DNA of 64,000 nucleotides from Octopus sinensis (lineage: Eukaryota), in the NCBI RefSeq assembly GCF_006345805.1, contig NC_043021.1:27280001-27344000 (forward strand), written 5' to 3'. The notes below the pieces were generated by a model. The model did not search any database. It had not been told where the DNA came from and worked only from the letters and a program-made list of their open reading frames with translations. The position numbers were made by a program, and so were the translations under genes. Shown piece after piece: positions 13,548-27,965 of this stretch (position 1 is its first letter; every line of letters begins with the position of its first letter).

Positions 13548-14929
13548 TGTGAGAGTGAGTGAGTACCACTTGCACATACATGCAAAAAATTTCATACATC
13601 ACAACACACACCTTCACTCATCCTCTCTCTCTCTCTTACACACGTCCGTTTCATATACACATATGTCTTACACTTTCTCTTCTTACTTCAAAGCAAATGT
13701 CGCCTTTTCACCTCATAATCTCTTTCAATTTTTGCCCTCTTCAAAGCATACAGAAATTAAACCAATTTTACGGGAATTAACAAAATAAATCATATGATCC
13801 CATATATGTTGAGTTGACAACTTTGGTTCTTTAAATGAAAGAATGCCATAAAACAGCTTCCTTTGACACACACATGCATACACACACTCTAGGTAAAACT
13901 TCTGTGCAAATTGTTAATTCTTGCAGTGTGCAGGTGCAAATTTACAGCTCAAACGCAATTGAAATGATCTTTTTCTGATGTGTAATTTGTGTTTGTGATG
14001 AGCATGTTTAAAAACCTGGTCTTTGATATAAACTTTAAAGGAAGTTTCCTCAGAAATCCTGTCCTTTAGCTCTTCTTTCTAGCATGTCCGAGTTGACATT
14101 TCCGTCTTCCTATCCTCCTTATTTTTTTCCTAAATTTCGTCTGATTCCTATGTTTGCGATACAGGAGATTAGGATTTCACCCACAATACACGTTCTCCCT
14201 CTCCACACCAAATGAATTTTTTGACTTTTTTCAAATTTTTATTCTTGGTAATCCATGGAGTAAAAACAGAGAGTACGAATCTTTAAGAATTTTACCCTTC
14301 ACCTCACCACTTTCAAAAAGCAGGGAAGTTTCTTCAGAAATAATGTCGTTTACCTATTGTTTCTAGCATGTCAGGTTTCCTGGTTGTGGTCTGGTATTTT
14401 TTAAGTTTACTATTTCAGTAGAATTCTATGCAAGTGGGAAACATCAGACAAAAATGAAAAATTGGGAGGTTTTTAGTTTTTTGGAAGCTGGTTGGTGATG
14501 GGTGGGTAAGGTGGGTGAAGGGGCATTGAATGTTTCTTTAAGAAAAATTAAGCTATAAAAATAAATATATATATATTTTCCAGATTCGTAATCTCTGTAT
14601 TTTTCTATGTAGATAGAGAAAAAAAAAAAAAAAGAAATGGAAAAAAGTTACAAATGAAGATATTGTGGTGGGGATGGAGGGAAATTAAAAGTTTGAAAAC
14701 AGGGTTTCTGGATAAAATCTTATTAATCCCCTTTTATACGATGAAACAATGAAACATAGTTTGTGATCCTTCTTAAGAACAGATAGCACTTTCATGCAAA
14801 CCCATGCAAATTGCACCCTCACCCTTGACTGTTAAACAAACAATAACTTCCATTATGCCATTAACTATACATCAGCTGTGCCGATTCTGCTCATAAGAAA
14901 GGAGCAAGTAATTCAATGCGCTTGTAGGC

Positions 14930-14965
14930 CATAACACCCAGGCAACGCCGGGATGCATTGCTAGT
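14930..14965 (+). mobile_element. Helitron-type 3' terminus
   Basis: GC hairpin cccaggcaacgccggg, 8 nt spacer, then CTAG|T. Confidence 0.55.
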
Positions 14966-15010
14966 GATTAATACACACACACATATACTTATATTATTAT
15001 TATTATTATT

Positions 15011-15089
<79 letters not shown>

Positions 15090-15537
15090 GTAGTAGTAGT
15101 AGTAGTAGTATTAAGGCAGTGAGCTGGTATAATTGCTATTATGCTGGGCAAAATGCTTCATGTTCTGAGTTCAAATTTGCCAAGGTCAACTTTGCCTGTC
15201 ATCCTTTCAGAGTCATCAAAACAAGTACCAGTTAAGCACTAAGGGTTGTGATGAAATCCACTTTCCCTCTCTCCATGAAATTTCAGGTCTTGTGCCTATA
15301 GCAGAAAGAATTATTATTATTATTATCATTATTCACATTTGTTTTTTAATAATTTACCTTTCAGTTGATGAAAAACGTTACCTAGCAAACATTATAATGG
15401 TTAATGAGTTATCTCCCTTATATGTCCACAACTATGTCACACTCTCTTCATCAGGTGAGACTAACAAGGAGAGAAGCCTTACACTGAATAACATTGACAC
15501 AAAATAACAGACACAATAACATGTATACATACATACG

Positions 15538-15576
<39 letters not shown>

Positions 15577-15766
15577 TTATAAATACATCTATACATAGTA
15601 ACAATAAATCATGTCTCATTTTGTATTTTCTTAATTAAAAACAAAGATACAATATACATATACTTTTATATATGTATTTACACTCATACACACATTTATA
15701 TACATATAAGAATATACATATATATATATATATATATAGACATATATTTAGACAGACATGTTTCTC

Positions 15767-15808
<42 letters not shown>

Positions 15809-15869
15809 CACACACATATATATATATCATCATCATCATAATCGTTTGAGATGTATATATATATAGTAT

Positions 15870-16185
15870 GTTTAAATATTTGTTGTGCAAGATTTTTTAT
15901 GTGAAGTCGTTTCTTATTTGTGTGTCTCTCCTTACTAACCGTCAGCCATTTTGTATACAAAATGGCTGACGGTTAGTAAGGAGAGACACAAGTAAGTGAG
16001 AAGAAAACAAAGGACCACTGATGCGGTCACAGGAGTGTGACAAAAGAACTCTGGCCGAAATAAGATTAAGATTAATGTAAAAAATAAATAACACTGAAGC
16101 AAAATAACACCAAATATATAGTGCGTGTGTTTTTATTGGCTAAACTGGCAAAATGACCATTCCGAAATATAACAATATATATATA
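15870..16185. mobile_element. Foldback repeat (TTGTTATA family) with a 70-bp perfect palindrome and a degenerate hammerhead
   Basis: Perfect palindrome at 15921-15990 and hammerhead-like motif at 16015-16054. Related copies lie at 41112-41580, 46494-46563 and 53652-54050. Confidence 0.65.
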
Positions 16186-16548
16186 TATATATATATAATA
16201 TATATATGTATATATATAGGTATATATATATGTATATATGTATATATATAGGTATATATATATGTATATATATATATATAGGTATATGTATATGTAGGTA
16301 TATATATATATGTAGGTATATATATATATGTATATATAGGTATATGTATATATGTAGGTATATATATATATGTATATATAGGTATATGTATATATATATG
16401 TATATATATATATGTATGTATATATATATATATGTGTGTGTGTATATATATATGTGTGTGTATATATATGTGTGTGTATATATATATATGTATATATATA
16501 TATATGTGTGTGTGTATATATATATGTGTGTGTATATATATGTGTGTG

Positions 16549-16594
<46 letters not shown>

Positions 16595-16620
16595 TGTGAT
16601 ATATAGGAGAGAGAGAGATG
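16181..16620. repeat. Compound (TA)/(TG)/(GA) microsatellite
   Basis: Direct inspection; the overlapping Y/I-rich ORFs are artefacts. Confidence 0.95.
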
Positions 16621-16761
16621 TGAAATTGTGTAGAATTGGTTCAATGGAACATGGTTATATAGATCGATGCCATTGATAAGGTCTGTGTGAACTCCTGCAG
16701 CTTTTAATATCATTCTGTATTATTTGTGGGAGTACTGCTTGCATGACAATAACTACCACTG

Positions 16762-16877
<116 letters not shown>

Positions 16878-17829
16878 ATAACTACTACTGCAACTACTAC
16901 AGCTACTACCATTGCAATATGGGAACTGCTAAGTCATTCTTTGGTTTTCTAGAAATAACAGCCAAAGCTTCCTCAGATTATGCCCTATGCCTGGCTGAGT
17001 GGTTATGAAGCTTGCTTCCTAGCTTCATGGTTTTGGGTTCAGTCCTGCTGCCTGGCACTTTGGGCAAGTGTCTTCTCCTATAACCCCAGGCCGACAGAAA
17101 CTTTGTGATCGAATTTGGTAAGCAGAAGTTACTGCCGTGTGTGTATATGTGTGTGTTGGTGCTTGTGCCTCTCCGAGAGAGAGGGTACTAATTAAAATAA
17201 CTCTCTGTGCTCTAGGCAGAAGGCATGACATTTTGGAGGAAGGGGCTAGTCAACCCCTGTGCTCAACTGATCCTTTATTTTATCAACCCTGAAGGTACAT
17301 AAGGCAAAGTCAACCTCGGCAGCATTTGAGTTCAGAACATAATGAGCCAGAAGGGTTGCTGCTCAGCATTTTGTCTAACGAGCTAAATATTCTACCAACT
17401 GATCACTTTTCTACTGACTTAAATAAGGAAAAGACATGTAAAACAATATATTTGCCATTGATACAACCAAAAGTGAATGACTTTATCAGTAAAGGGGTGA
17501 AATTGTAATGATCTTGGCTGATAACGAACACGAGGGGAAAAATGTATCCATATCTTGGGCGTGAACTTTCTGCCTGTTCCTTTGTTGGCCTTCTCATGGG
17601 GCAGTTACATACATACATAGACGGATAGACAGACACGTAGATGAGAGATAGACAGATAGATAGTTACACACATACACACAAACACACACACACACGCACA
17701 CATATACAGATACATTTCAAAGGATTTATTCTAATTCTTATAGTATGCCTGTTTCCATAATAATATCTATATTTTCATTTTCCACATACATGGATGTACA
17801 ATTATATATATATATATATATATATAATT

Positions 17830-18236
17830 GGCGCAGGAGTGGCTGTGTGGTAAGTAGCTTGCTAACCAACCACATGGTTTCGGGTTCAGTCCCACTGCGT
17901 GGCATCTTGGGCAAGTGTCTTCTGCTATAGCCCCGGGCCGACCAAAGCCTTGTGAGTGGATTTGGTAGACGGAAACTGAAAGAAGCCTATCGTATATATG
18001 TATATATTTATGTGTATGTGTGTGTGTGTGTTTGTCCCCCTAGCATTGCTTGACAACCGATGTTGTGTTTACGTCTCCATCACTTAGCGGTTCGGCAAAA
18101 GAGACCGATAGAATAAGTACTAGGCTTACAAAGAATAAGTCCCGGGGTCGAGTTGCTTGATTAAAGGTGGTGCTCCAGCATGGCCGCAGTCAAATGACTG
18201 AAACAAGTAAAAGAGTAAAAGAACAAGTAAAAGAGT
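17830..18236 (+). mobile_element. SINE family A, full length
   Basis: tRNA-like head ggcgcaggagtggctgtgtggtaag...gggttcagtccc, CORE-like ttgggcaagtgtctt, and (aaaagagt)n tail. Confidence 0.92.
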
Positions 18237-18281
18237 ATATGTATGTATGTGTATATATGTATATATATATGTGTGTGTATA

Positions 18282-18324
<43 letters not shown>

Positions 18325-18570
18325 ATATATATATGTATGTATATATATGTACATAGGCATATATATATATACATGTATGTATATATGTATGCATATATAT
18401 GTACATAGGCATATATATATATATATATATACATGTATGTATAAATGTATATATATATTCATATATGTGTGTGTGTGCATGTGTGTTTATACATATGTAT
18501 ATATATGTGTGTATATATATATATATATATGTATATGTATGTATGTATGTATGTATATATACATGCACAT

Positions 18571-18605
<35 letters not shown>

Positions 18606-18609
18606 GAGA

Positions 18610-21149
18610 GAGAGAGAGAATCGTGATGTGGTAGGAGAGAAATGTGTCCGCATGGATGATGGTTCACTTGCGCTAAATGAGGATGCAAAGAGAGAGGTGT
18701 GGAGATGCCACTATGAAAGGTTGCTGAATAAAGAAAATGAATGGGATAAAGAGAGTATGCCGAATGTCAACCCAACGGAGGGACCAGCCATCCGAGTTGA
18801 CTATTCTTTGGTAGTTAAAGCAATTAGAAGCATGAAGACAGGGAAAGCCCCCAGGCCCATCAGGAATTACTGCAGAAATGCTCAAAATATCTGGCAGTGT
18901 CGGCTATAACCTAGTCACCCGTATAGTTAACCAGGTGATACACGAAGGAGTCATACCCAATGACTGGTGCAGCAGCATACTAGTCAACTGCTACAAAGGT
19001 AAAGGAGACGCCCTAGATACAAATAATTACAGAGGTATCAAGCTGTTGGATCAGGTAATGAAGGTTACAGAGAGGGTCATAGCCCAACTGATTAGGGAGA
19101 GAGTCAATTTGGACGAGATGCAGTTTGGTTTCATGCCAGAGAAAAGCACCACTGATGCCATATTTCTGGTGAGACAGCTGCAGGAGAAATACCTAGCCAA
19201 AGATAAGCCCCTGTACCTGGCTTTCGTTGACATGGAGAAAGCCTTTCACAGGGTCCCCCGATCCCTTATCTGGTGGTCAATGAGGAAACTAGGGATAGAT
19301 GAATGGCTGGTGAGGGCTGTGCAAGCCATGTACAGGGATGCCGTAAGTAAGGTAAGGGTTGGCAACATGTACACAGAAGAATTCAAAGTAGAGGTTGGGG
19401 TCCACCAGGGTTCAGTACTCAGCCCCCTCCTATTTATCATAGTCCTCCAGGCAATTACGGAGGAATTCAAGACAGGTTGCCCCTGGGAGCTCCTATATGC
19501 TGACGACCTTGCTCTAATTGCTGAGTCACTGTCAGAACTGGAGGAGAAGTTCCGGGTGTGGAAGGAGGGTCTAGAATCGAAGGGCCTTAGAGTCAACCTA
19601 GCTAAAACCAAAGTACTAATAAGTAGGAAGGTAGACAATCCACAAATGTCTTCAGGAAGATGGCCCTGCTCGATCTGTAGAAAAGGTGTAGGTAGAAACT
19701 CTATAAGATGCACCCAATGTAAGCTATGGACACATAAGAGGTGCAGCAATATCAAAGGAAGGCTAATCAGGAAGATAGTTTTTGTATGTGGCAGATGCTC
19801 AGGAGCAATAATCTCTGAAAATCTGCAGAAAACAACTTCCGTCACTTTCCAGGGGGAAAAACTAGAAGTAGTTGACAGCTTCCGTTATCTAGGTGACCAA
19901 GTCAGTAGTGGGGGTGGGTGCATTGAAAGTGTAACTGCTAGAGTAAGAATAGCCTGGGCAAAGTTTAGGGAGCTCTTACCTCTGCTGGTGACTAAAGGCC
20001 TCTCGCTCAGAGTAAAAGGCAGACTGTATGATGCATGTGTACGAACAGCCATGCTACATGGCAGTGAAACATGGACCGTGACTGCTGAGGACATGCGTAA
20101 GCTCGCGAGGAATGAAGCCAGTATGCTCCGATGGATGTGTAATGTCAGTGTTCATACTCGACAGAGCGTTAGTTCCCTGAGAGAAATGTTGGACCTAAGA
20201 AGCATTAGTTGTGGTGTGCAAGAGAGACGATTGCGCTGGTATGGTCATGTGGCGAGAATGGATGAAGATAGGTGTGTGAAAAAGTGCCAATCCCTAGCAG
20301 TTGAGGGAACCTGTGGAAGAGGTAGACCCAGGAAAACCTGGGACGAGGTGGTGAAGCACGACCTTCGAACCTTGGGTCTCACTGAGGAAATGACCAGTGA
20401 CCGAGACCTTTGGAAATATGCTGTGCGTGAGAAGACCAGGCAGGACAAGTGAGTCCAGCCCACTTATGCATGCCTTTCCCCCCTTGGACACACAAAGACC
20501 TGTTGAGGCAAGCGAAGTCGATATCGAACCTCATCCGACGACAGGCACCTATGGCAACCCCCCCTTGCTTGCGAAGACCTGTTGGGGCAAGTGAAATCGA
20601 AATTGAACCAATCCTATGACTAGCACCTCGCAGATGCCAGGACCCTGGGACTGGAGGTACATAAAAAGCACTATCCGAATTGTGGCCAATGCCAGCGCCG
20701 CCTCGACTGGCTTCCGTGTTGGTGGCACGTAAAAAGCACCATCCGAATCGTAGCCAAAGCCAGTGCTGCCTCGACTGGCTTCCATAAAATGCACCATCCG
20801 AATTGTGGCCGATGCCAGCGCCGCCTCAACTGGCTTCTGTGTCTGTGGCACGTAAAAAGCACCATCCGAATCGTAGCCGAAGCCAGTGCCGCCTTGACTG
20901 GCTTCCATAAAATGCACCAATCCGACCGTGGCCGATGCCAGCCTCGCCTGGTACCAGTGCAGGTGGCACGTAAAAAGCACCCACTACACTCACGGAGTGG
21001 TTGGCGTTAGGAAGGGCATCCAGCTGTAGAAACTTTGCCAGATAAGACCGGAGCCTGGTGCAGCCTTCTGGCTTCCCAGATCCCCGGTCGAACCGTCCAA
21101 CCCATGCTAGTATGGAGAACGGACGTTAAACGATGATGATGATGATGAT
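18610..21149 (+). mobile_element. 5'-truncated RTE-clade LINE, nearly intact RT region
   Basis: ORFs 18628-18909 and 18878-20452 are joined by one frameshift in KAPGPSG. RT motifs are QFGFMPEKSTTDAIF, GVHQGSVLSPLLF and LLYADD; the C-terminus reads RRLRWYGHVARM...GRGRPRKTW. The 3' UTR has hairpin repeats and a (GAT)n tail. No APE domain is present. Confidence 0.95.
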
Positions 21150-21244
21150 ATATATATAAATAGGTATATGTAAATGTGCATCCTAATTAATATACTACAG
21201 GTGATTTCAGGTGCCTTTCCTCTAATTTACTCTCGCACCCAATG

Positions 21245-21336
<92 letters not shown>

Positions 21337-21992
21337 CATCTAGTTTCAGCTCACAAGCTGTGGCACCGCCATTTGGTATATGTGTATATATATATATTAT
21401 ATATATATATATATGTATGTATATATATATATATACACACACACACGTGTGTGTGTTGGTATAAAATAAACACCAAAATAGCATCCGTCAAAACTTCAGC
21501 CTTTGGAAATGTATTTAAAAAAGGAAAGAAAACTTAGGAAATGTCTTTTATCAAGAATTCTGTGACATTTGCAGAACTGTAATCTTTGGTAATAAACACT
21601 CAACCTGGAATTCTAAATTAGGTTTTGCATTCTGGTTGGTTCTGGTATTAACTTTATCTTTTATTCATTTTGACAGTTTCAAGCAAAATGGCGTTTGTTT
21701 TTTTGTTTTGTTTTGTTTGTTTTTTGTTTGCATTTTTGTTTTTGTATTTTTGCTTGTATTTTGCATTTTATTTTCAATATATTTGTAAACTTGAATTTGT
21801 TTCATAAATATTGTTTTTTTTTTGTTGTTTTATTTATTTTTGTTTTTGCCTTTGTTAAAATTAGACATGTAGGTCTGTCGGTATATATCATTGATGTGTG
21901 TATACTACCTGAATATGTGTGTGTGAGTGTGTCTGAATGCAAGTGTATATACATATGCGCACGCATGGACATTATATATGTATGTTTATCTT

Positions 21993-22023
<31 letters not shown>

Positions 22024-22182
22024 CTCTTTACATACCTATCTATTTATCTGTCTCTACGTCAGTCTGTCTATCTATCTATATACACACATGCACATAGACA
22101 TGTGTATGCATATATATTTGAGCTTATATATGAATGCCTGTATATATATGTGCATATGCATGTATGTATGTGTGTGTGGGGG

Positions 22183-22221
<39 letters not shown>

Positions 22222-22583
22222 AGAGAGAGGCAGAGAGAGCGATACAAACACATACACACACACACATTTATGCACATTTATCTAAGCTTGTATATATGTA
22301 TGTGTGTGTGTATGCATGTTTGTATGTATATATATGTATATATGTATATATATATATATATATAATATATATATATATTATATATATATATATATATAAA
22401 CATATACATATATATGTGTGTGTATGAGTGCTTATACATATGTATGTGATTATGTATATGCATCTATTATTCCCACTGGTATGTGTATGTACAGATGCAT
22501 ATACACACATCTCCCCACCCTCTTCCGTACAGACCCAATACACACACACACACATCAATGATTCTTCTGTTATTTCATTGTAG

Positions 22584-22648
22584 ATTATCATGCTCACACG
22601 TCTGAGATTCACAAACCAGAAAAGAAAAAATCAAAAAGCTTTCATGAA
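22584..22648 (+). CDS. SLC4A1AP: Kanadaptin exon (lysine-rich)
   Basis: Acceptor ttctgttatttcattgtag and donor GTGAGT at 22649. It starts in phase 1 and ends in phase 0, exactly bridging the flanking exons. Translates (D)YHAHTSEIHKPEKKKSKSFHE. Confidence 0.75.
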
Positions 22649-22929
22649 GTGAGTATGCCATTTTTTTTTTTTCCATGACCATCACCTCCATCATGATAAT
22701 TATATATGCGTATGAGTATGTGTGTGTGTGTGTCTTGTCCTGACTCTGTAAACGAGTGTCACTGTCATGCCACTGGTGTCCTTTATTTATTTTATAAACC
22801 TCTGTGAAAACATGTCTGTTTTTATGGGGAAATATTCGCCAAACCTGGAATATCAGCAAAACCAGTTTGATTAACAGCTGAAAGCAAATTTCGTACATTG
22901 TCTGTTACGAGAACCTGATTCTTCTTTGT

Positions 22930-23749
22930 TATATCCCATCGTTAGAATAGTGCCATTCAACAACTTGCACACATTCAAGAATAACACTTATTCAATTCCA
23001 GTCATCGGCAATCCAATGGCCAGGGATTCTGCAATAACTTTCATTTCCTGGGGATGTCCAAAAATCAGATGTTTAGCACAATTGCCTTTAAATTTTTCAC
23101 TGCTTCTTTAACATTTTCTCTTTTGCTGTTATAAACATCAGCCAACATTTTATCAATAGTGTGCCGACAAGGTACTTTATATTCGGTATTTTGAAGCACT
23201 GTACGAAATACTTGCTGAAGACCATCATCTTCTGCTATTGATATTGGTCAACCACTCTTCACTCTCCAGTTTGCAAGTGATATTTTAATGTCACGTGGTA
23301 CAGTAGCACTCAATACACGATCAGACGGACGATAAAACTGACTCAAAGTAGTCTGCTTGGAGGTAGATGACACCACTTGGAGGTAGACTGACAGAAATGA
23401 AGCTGATTTTGGGAGCTGACGTTTCAAATACCGAGTGTTTGTTTTGAAGGTGGTAAATCAGTGATGTGTTAGACCCATGGTATGCAAACGATTTGTCACA
23501 ATGGATGCAATAAACGTTATCACTGTTTTGATATCACCGTCAGCCAACAATTTAATTCCAAAATGTTCATGTAATCGACCTGATAAAGGTTTAGATTTCA
23601 TAACTCGATTCTCCTCCACCACCATTTTACTGTTGTTATTATTGTTTCCCGACTTCCAGTACATTCATAAATGATGGTTAGAAAATTGAATTTGAAACCA
23701 ATTAATAAAAATTTAATCGATTAATTAATCTTTAAATTCTGCAGCCCTA
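22930..23749 (-). mobile_element. hAT (ZBED1-like) transposon, 5' part, decayed
   Basis: Terminus TAGGGCTGCAG at 23749. BED finger VYCIHCDKSFAYHGSNTSLIYHLQNKH; then PISIAEDDGLQQVF...VPCRHTI and FWTS...HWIADDW, with stops and frameshifts. Confidence 0.85.
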
Positions 23750-23808
23750 ATATATACATATATATATATGTATATATACATATATACCTATATACATATA
23801 TTTATATA

Positions 23809-23839
<31 letters not shown>

Positions 23840-23866
23840 AGATATGTATATACACATATATATATG

Positions 23867-23942
<76 letters not shown>

Positions 23943-23954
23943 AGCATATACATT

Positions 23955-23988
<34 letters not shown>

Positions 23989-24010
23989 AGCATATACTTT
24001 TACATACATA

Positions 24011-24053
<43 letters not shown>

Positions 24054-24054
24054 C

Positions 24055-24353
24055 ACCGTGACCGACCAGGCTATCAGATGTTGATACACATCGCTGGTCA
24101 CAATGCTCTTCACATTGTTTTAGCCTTCAAATGACGTCACCCTGCTGGCTAAGCGAGCAGGCCAACAGAAGAAAGAGTGAGAGAAAGTTGCAGCGAAAGT
24201 GTACAGCAGGGATTGCCACCACCCCCTGCTGGAGCCTCGTGGAGTTTTAGGTGTTTTCGGTCAATAAACACTCAAAACGCCCGGTCTGGGAATCGAAACT
24301 GCAACCCTACAACTGTGAGTCCGCTGCCCTAACCACTGGGCCATTGCGCCTCC
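24055..24353 (-). mobile_element. tRNA-derived SINE family C
   Basis: Reverse complement begins ggaggcgcaatggcccagtggttagggcagcggactc. A near-identical family copy lies at 45235-45545. Confidence 0.85.
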
Positions 24354-24883
24354 TTATATATAATATATATATATATATATATAACGGTGACACTTTAGAT
24401 ACAAATAATTACAGAGGTATCAAGTTATTGGATTAGGTAATGAAGTTCACGTGCATATATATGTATGTATACATTCGGATATGTAATTATTCGTATGTTG
24501 TATTTATGTATATATGTATTTATGTTTCTTTTTCTGTGTGTATTCCACTGATGAGGCAAAGCATTCCTAAATGCAAAGCCAGAAATCTGGGATCTGGAGT
24601 TATCCAGTAATTTTTTACTAGTTTCATCTTGTCTCTTTGTCTTCTCTCCGTGTTGATATATGGACAATTAAGGTGGTTTTAGAGTCAGATCATGGCTGCT
24701 ATTTTCAGCATGGTGGTATCTCGTAGATACCCTAATTTATAATTTTAATAATTATTACCTTTGAAGATTATTTTTTCCATGCTGACCACTTGCTAAAATC
24801 GTTATTTTATTTTAAATTAACGGTCTTATCCTTATTTATATAAATTTAAATATATATACATATATGAATATATATATGTATAT

Positions 24884-24914
<31 letters not shown>

Positions 24915-24949
24915 CACATATATATATGTATATACATATATGTATATAT

Positions 24950-24980
<31 letters not shown>

Positions 24981-25001
24981 TATATATATCAGAAATGCTA
25001 G

Positions 25002-25046
25002 TCTGGACCGATGAAGGACAATCATCCTGAAACACGTGTCCCTAGA
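25002..25046 (+). ncRNA. Degenerate minimal hammerhead motif
   Basis: tctgga-CCGATGA-AGGA(caatca)TCCT-GAAAC-ACGT-GTC-cctaga; U4 is changed to C and stem I has a terminal mismatch. Confidence 0.5.
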
Positions 25047-25236
25047 TGCAGCCCGGGCGGCCGGGGGTGTTTGTCTCCCCATCGTAAATGTATATAAGGA
25101 CACAGGAAAAATGTGTCAAAGCCATCAGGAGGCGTTGATGCTTCCTAGGACTATACAGCGGTGGTGTACCCCCCTACTTTCACATCTGTGTTAGATTGAC
25201 AGTATACAACCATTCTATATATATATATATATATAT

Positions 25237-25648
25237 ATTTATTATATAGAAGGAGCTTCTACAGGACTAGTACTGTTTCATTCAAGAGAAATCTTCAGGA
25301 AGCTATTTAACAAGAATTGTATTAGCATTTATACATTTAGGCAGGTTTAAAGGAGTGGTGGTGGGGGACTTTTTTGGGGGTAGGCATAGTGCAAAATATC
25401 ATACTTGGGGGAGTGGTCAAGGAGTCAGTGGTAAGTTAGATGAAAGAGTAGATAAGTAAAAAAATAAAAAAAAAAAAAAAAAAATAAAAAATAAAAAATA
25501 AAAAATAAAAAAATAAAAAAATAAAATGTGTGCACATACATACATAAACACATATACATACACACACACATACGTACACATGTGTGCCTATACATACCTA
25601 CACATACACACATACACATACATATATATATATATATACATATACATA

Positions 25649-25692
<44 letters not shown>

Positions 25693-26302
25693 CATACAAA
25701 TATATATATACACAGTCCAATACAGGCCCATTCCCTAATTTTAATTTTATTATCTTCATTTATTACTATTATTACAAAAGTAATAAATGAAGATAATAAA
25801 ATTAAAATTAGGGAATGGGCCTGTATTGGACTGTGTATATATATATTTGTATGTATATATATATATATGTTATATATATATATATATATATGTGTATGTA
25901 TATGTATATATATATATATATGTATGTGTATGTGTGTATGTGTAGGTATGTATAGGCACACATGTGTACGTATGTGTGTGTGTATGTATATGTGTTTATG
26001 TATGTATGTGCACACATTTTATTTTTTTATTTTTTATTTTTTATTTTTTATTTTTTTATTTTTTTATTTTTTTATTTTTTTATTTATCTACTCTTTCATC
26101 TAACTTACCACTGACTCCTTGACCACTCCCCCAAGTATGATATTTTGCACTATGCCTACCCCCAAAAAAGTCCCCCACCACCACTCCTTTAAACCTGCCT
26201 AAATGTATAAATGCTAATACAATTCTTGTTAAATAGCTTCCTGAAGATTTCTCTTGAATGAAACAGTACTAGTCCTGTAGAAGCTCCTTCTATATAATAA
26301 AT
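25237..26302. repeat. 1.07-kb near-perfect palindrome, PLE-type
   Basis: Arms 25237-25767 and 25779-26302 are reverse complements with an 11-nt spacer. They differ mainly in microsatellite length plus rare substitutions. Confidence 0.95.
26235..26285 (+). ncRNA. Type I minimal hammerhead ribozyme candidate (mirror copy on - strand at 25254-25304)
   Basis: AGCTTC-CTGAAGA-T.TTC(TCTT)GAA.T-GAA-ACAG(tactagtc)CTGT-A-GAAGCT: 6-bp stem I, 4-bp stem III and a GUA cleavage triplet. Confidence 0.75.
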
Positions 26303-26396
26303 TAATTTTACTCTGCTATGTATTGAGTACCTTACTTACTGTGGTTAACCCCGGATCAACCCGGGACCTACATATATATATATATATATATATACA

Positions 26397-26651
26397 CAAT
26401 AAGAGGCTTCCAAATAGGAAAGCGTTTTGCTAGAACACAAAAAAGGGATAAATTCACGAAAGGAATGACAATTAAAAACATTTACCATCTCCACTATATC
26501 CCTGACTGACGGTTTCTAACTATTTCCAGCAAAAAAGTATTTGCTGAAGGCAAGTTTCTTCAGTGGGACAGCCTTCATAATCCTGACGTACAGACTGCTA
26601 GATCCACATGTGTTCTAGCACAACGCTTTCCTATTAGGAAGCCTCTTACTG
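26397..26651. mobile_element. MITE-like element with about 40-bp inverted ends
   Basis: caataagaggcttccaaataggaaagcgttttgctagaacaca / tgtgttctagcacaacgctttcctattaggaagcctcttactg. Confidence 0.65.
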
Positions 26652-26729
26652 TATTTCCATATGAATAATATATAGTCTAATGACTAATTCGTTTTTTGTG
26701 CTAGTAAATAATTTATTATTACCCTATTT

Positions 26730-27965
<1,236 letters not shown>

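Noticed and set aside
17830-17905. tRNA-like sequences at SINE heads
   Set aside because: They continue into SINE bodies and lack a complete cloverleaf, so they are not tRNA genes.
21660-22285. Acceptor-like tttgacag followed by aaaATGGCG and a 196-aa ORF
   Set aside because: The downstream sequence is T-rich low complexity and microsatellite, there is no donor, and the exon is not needed for the kanadaptin frame.
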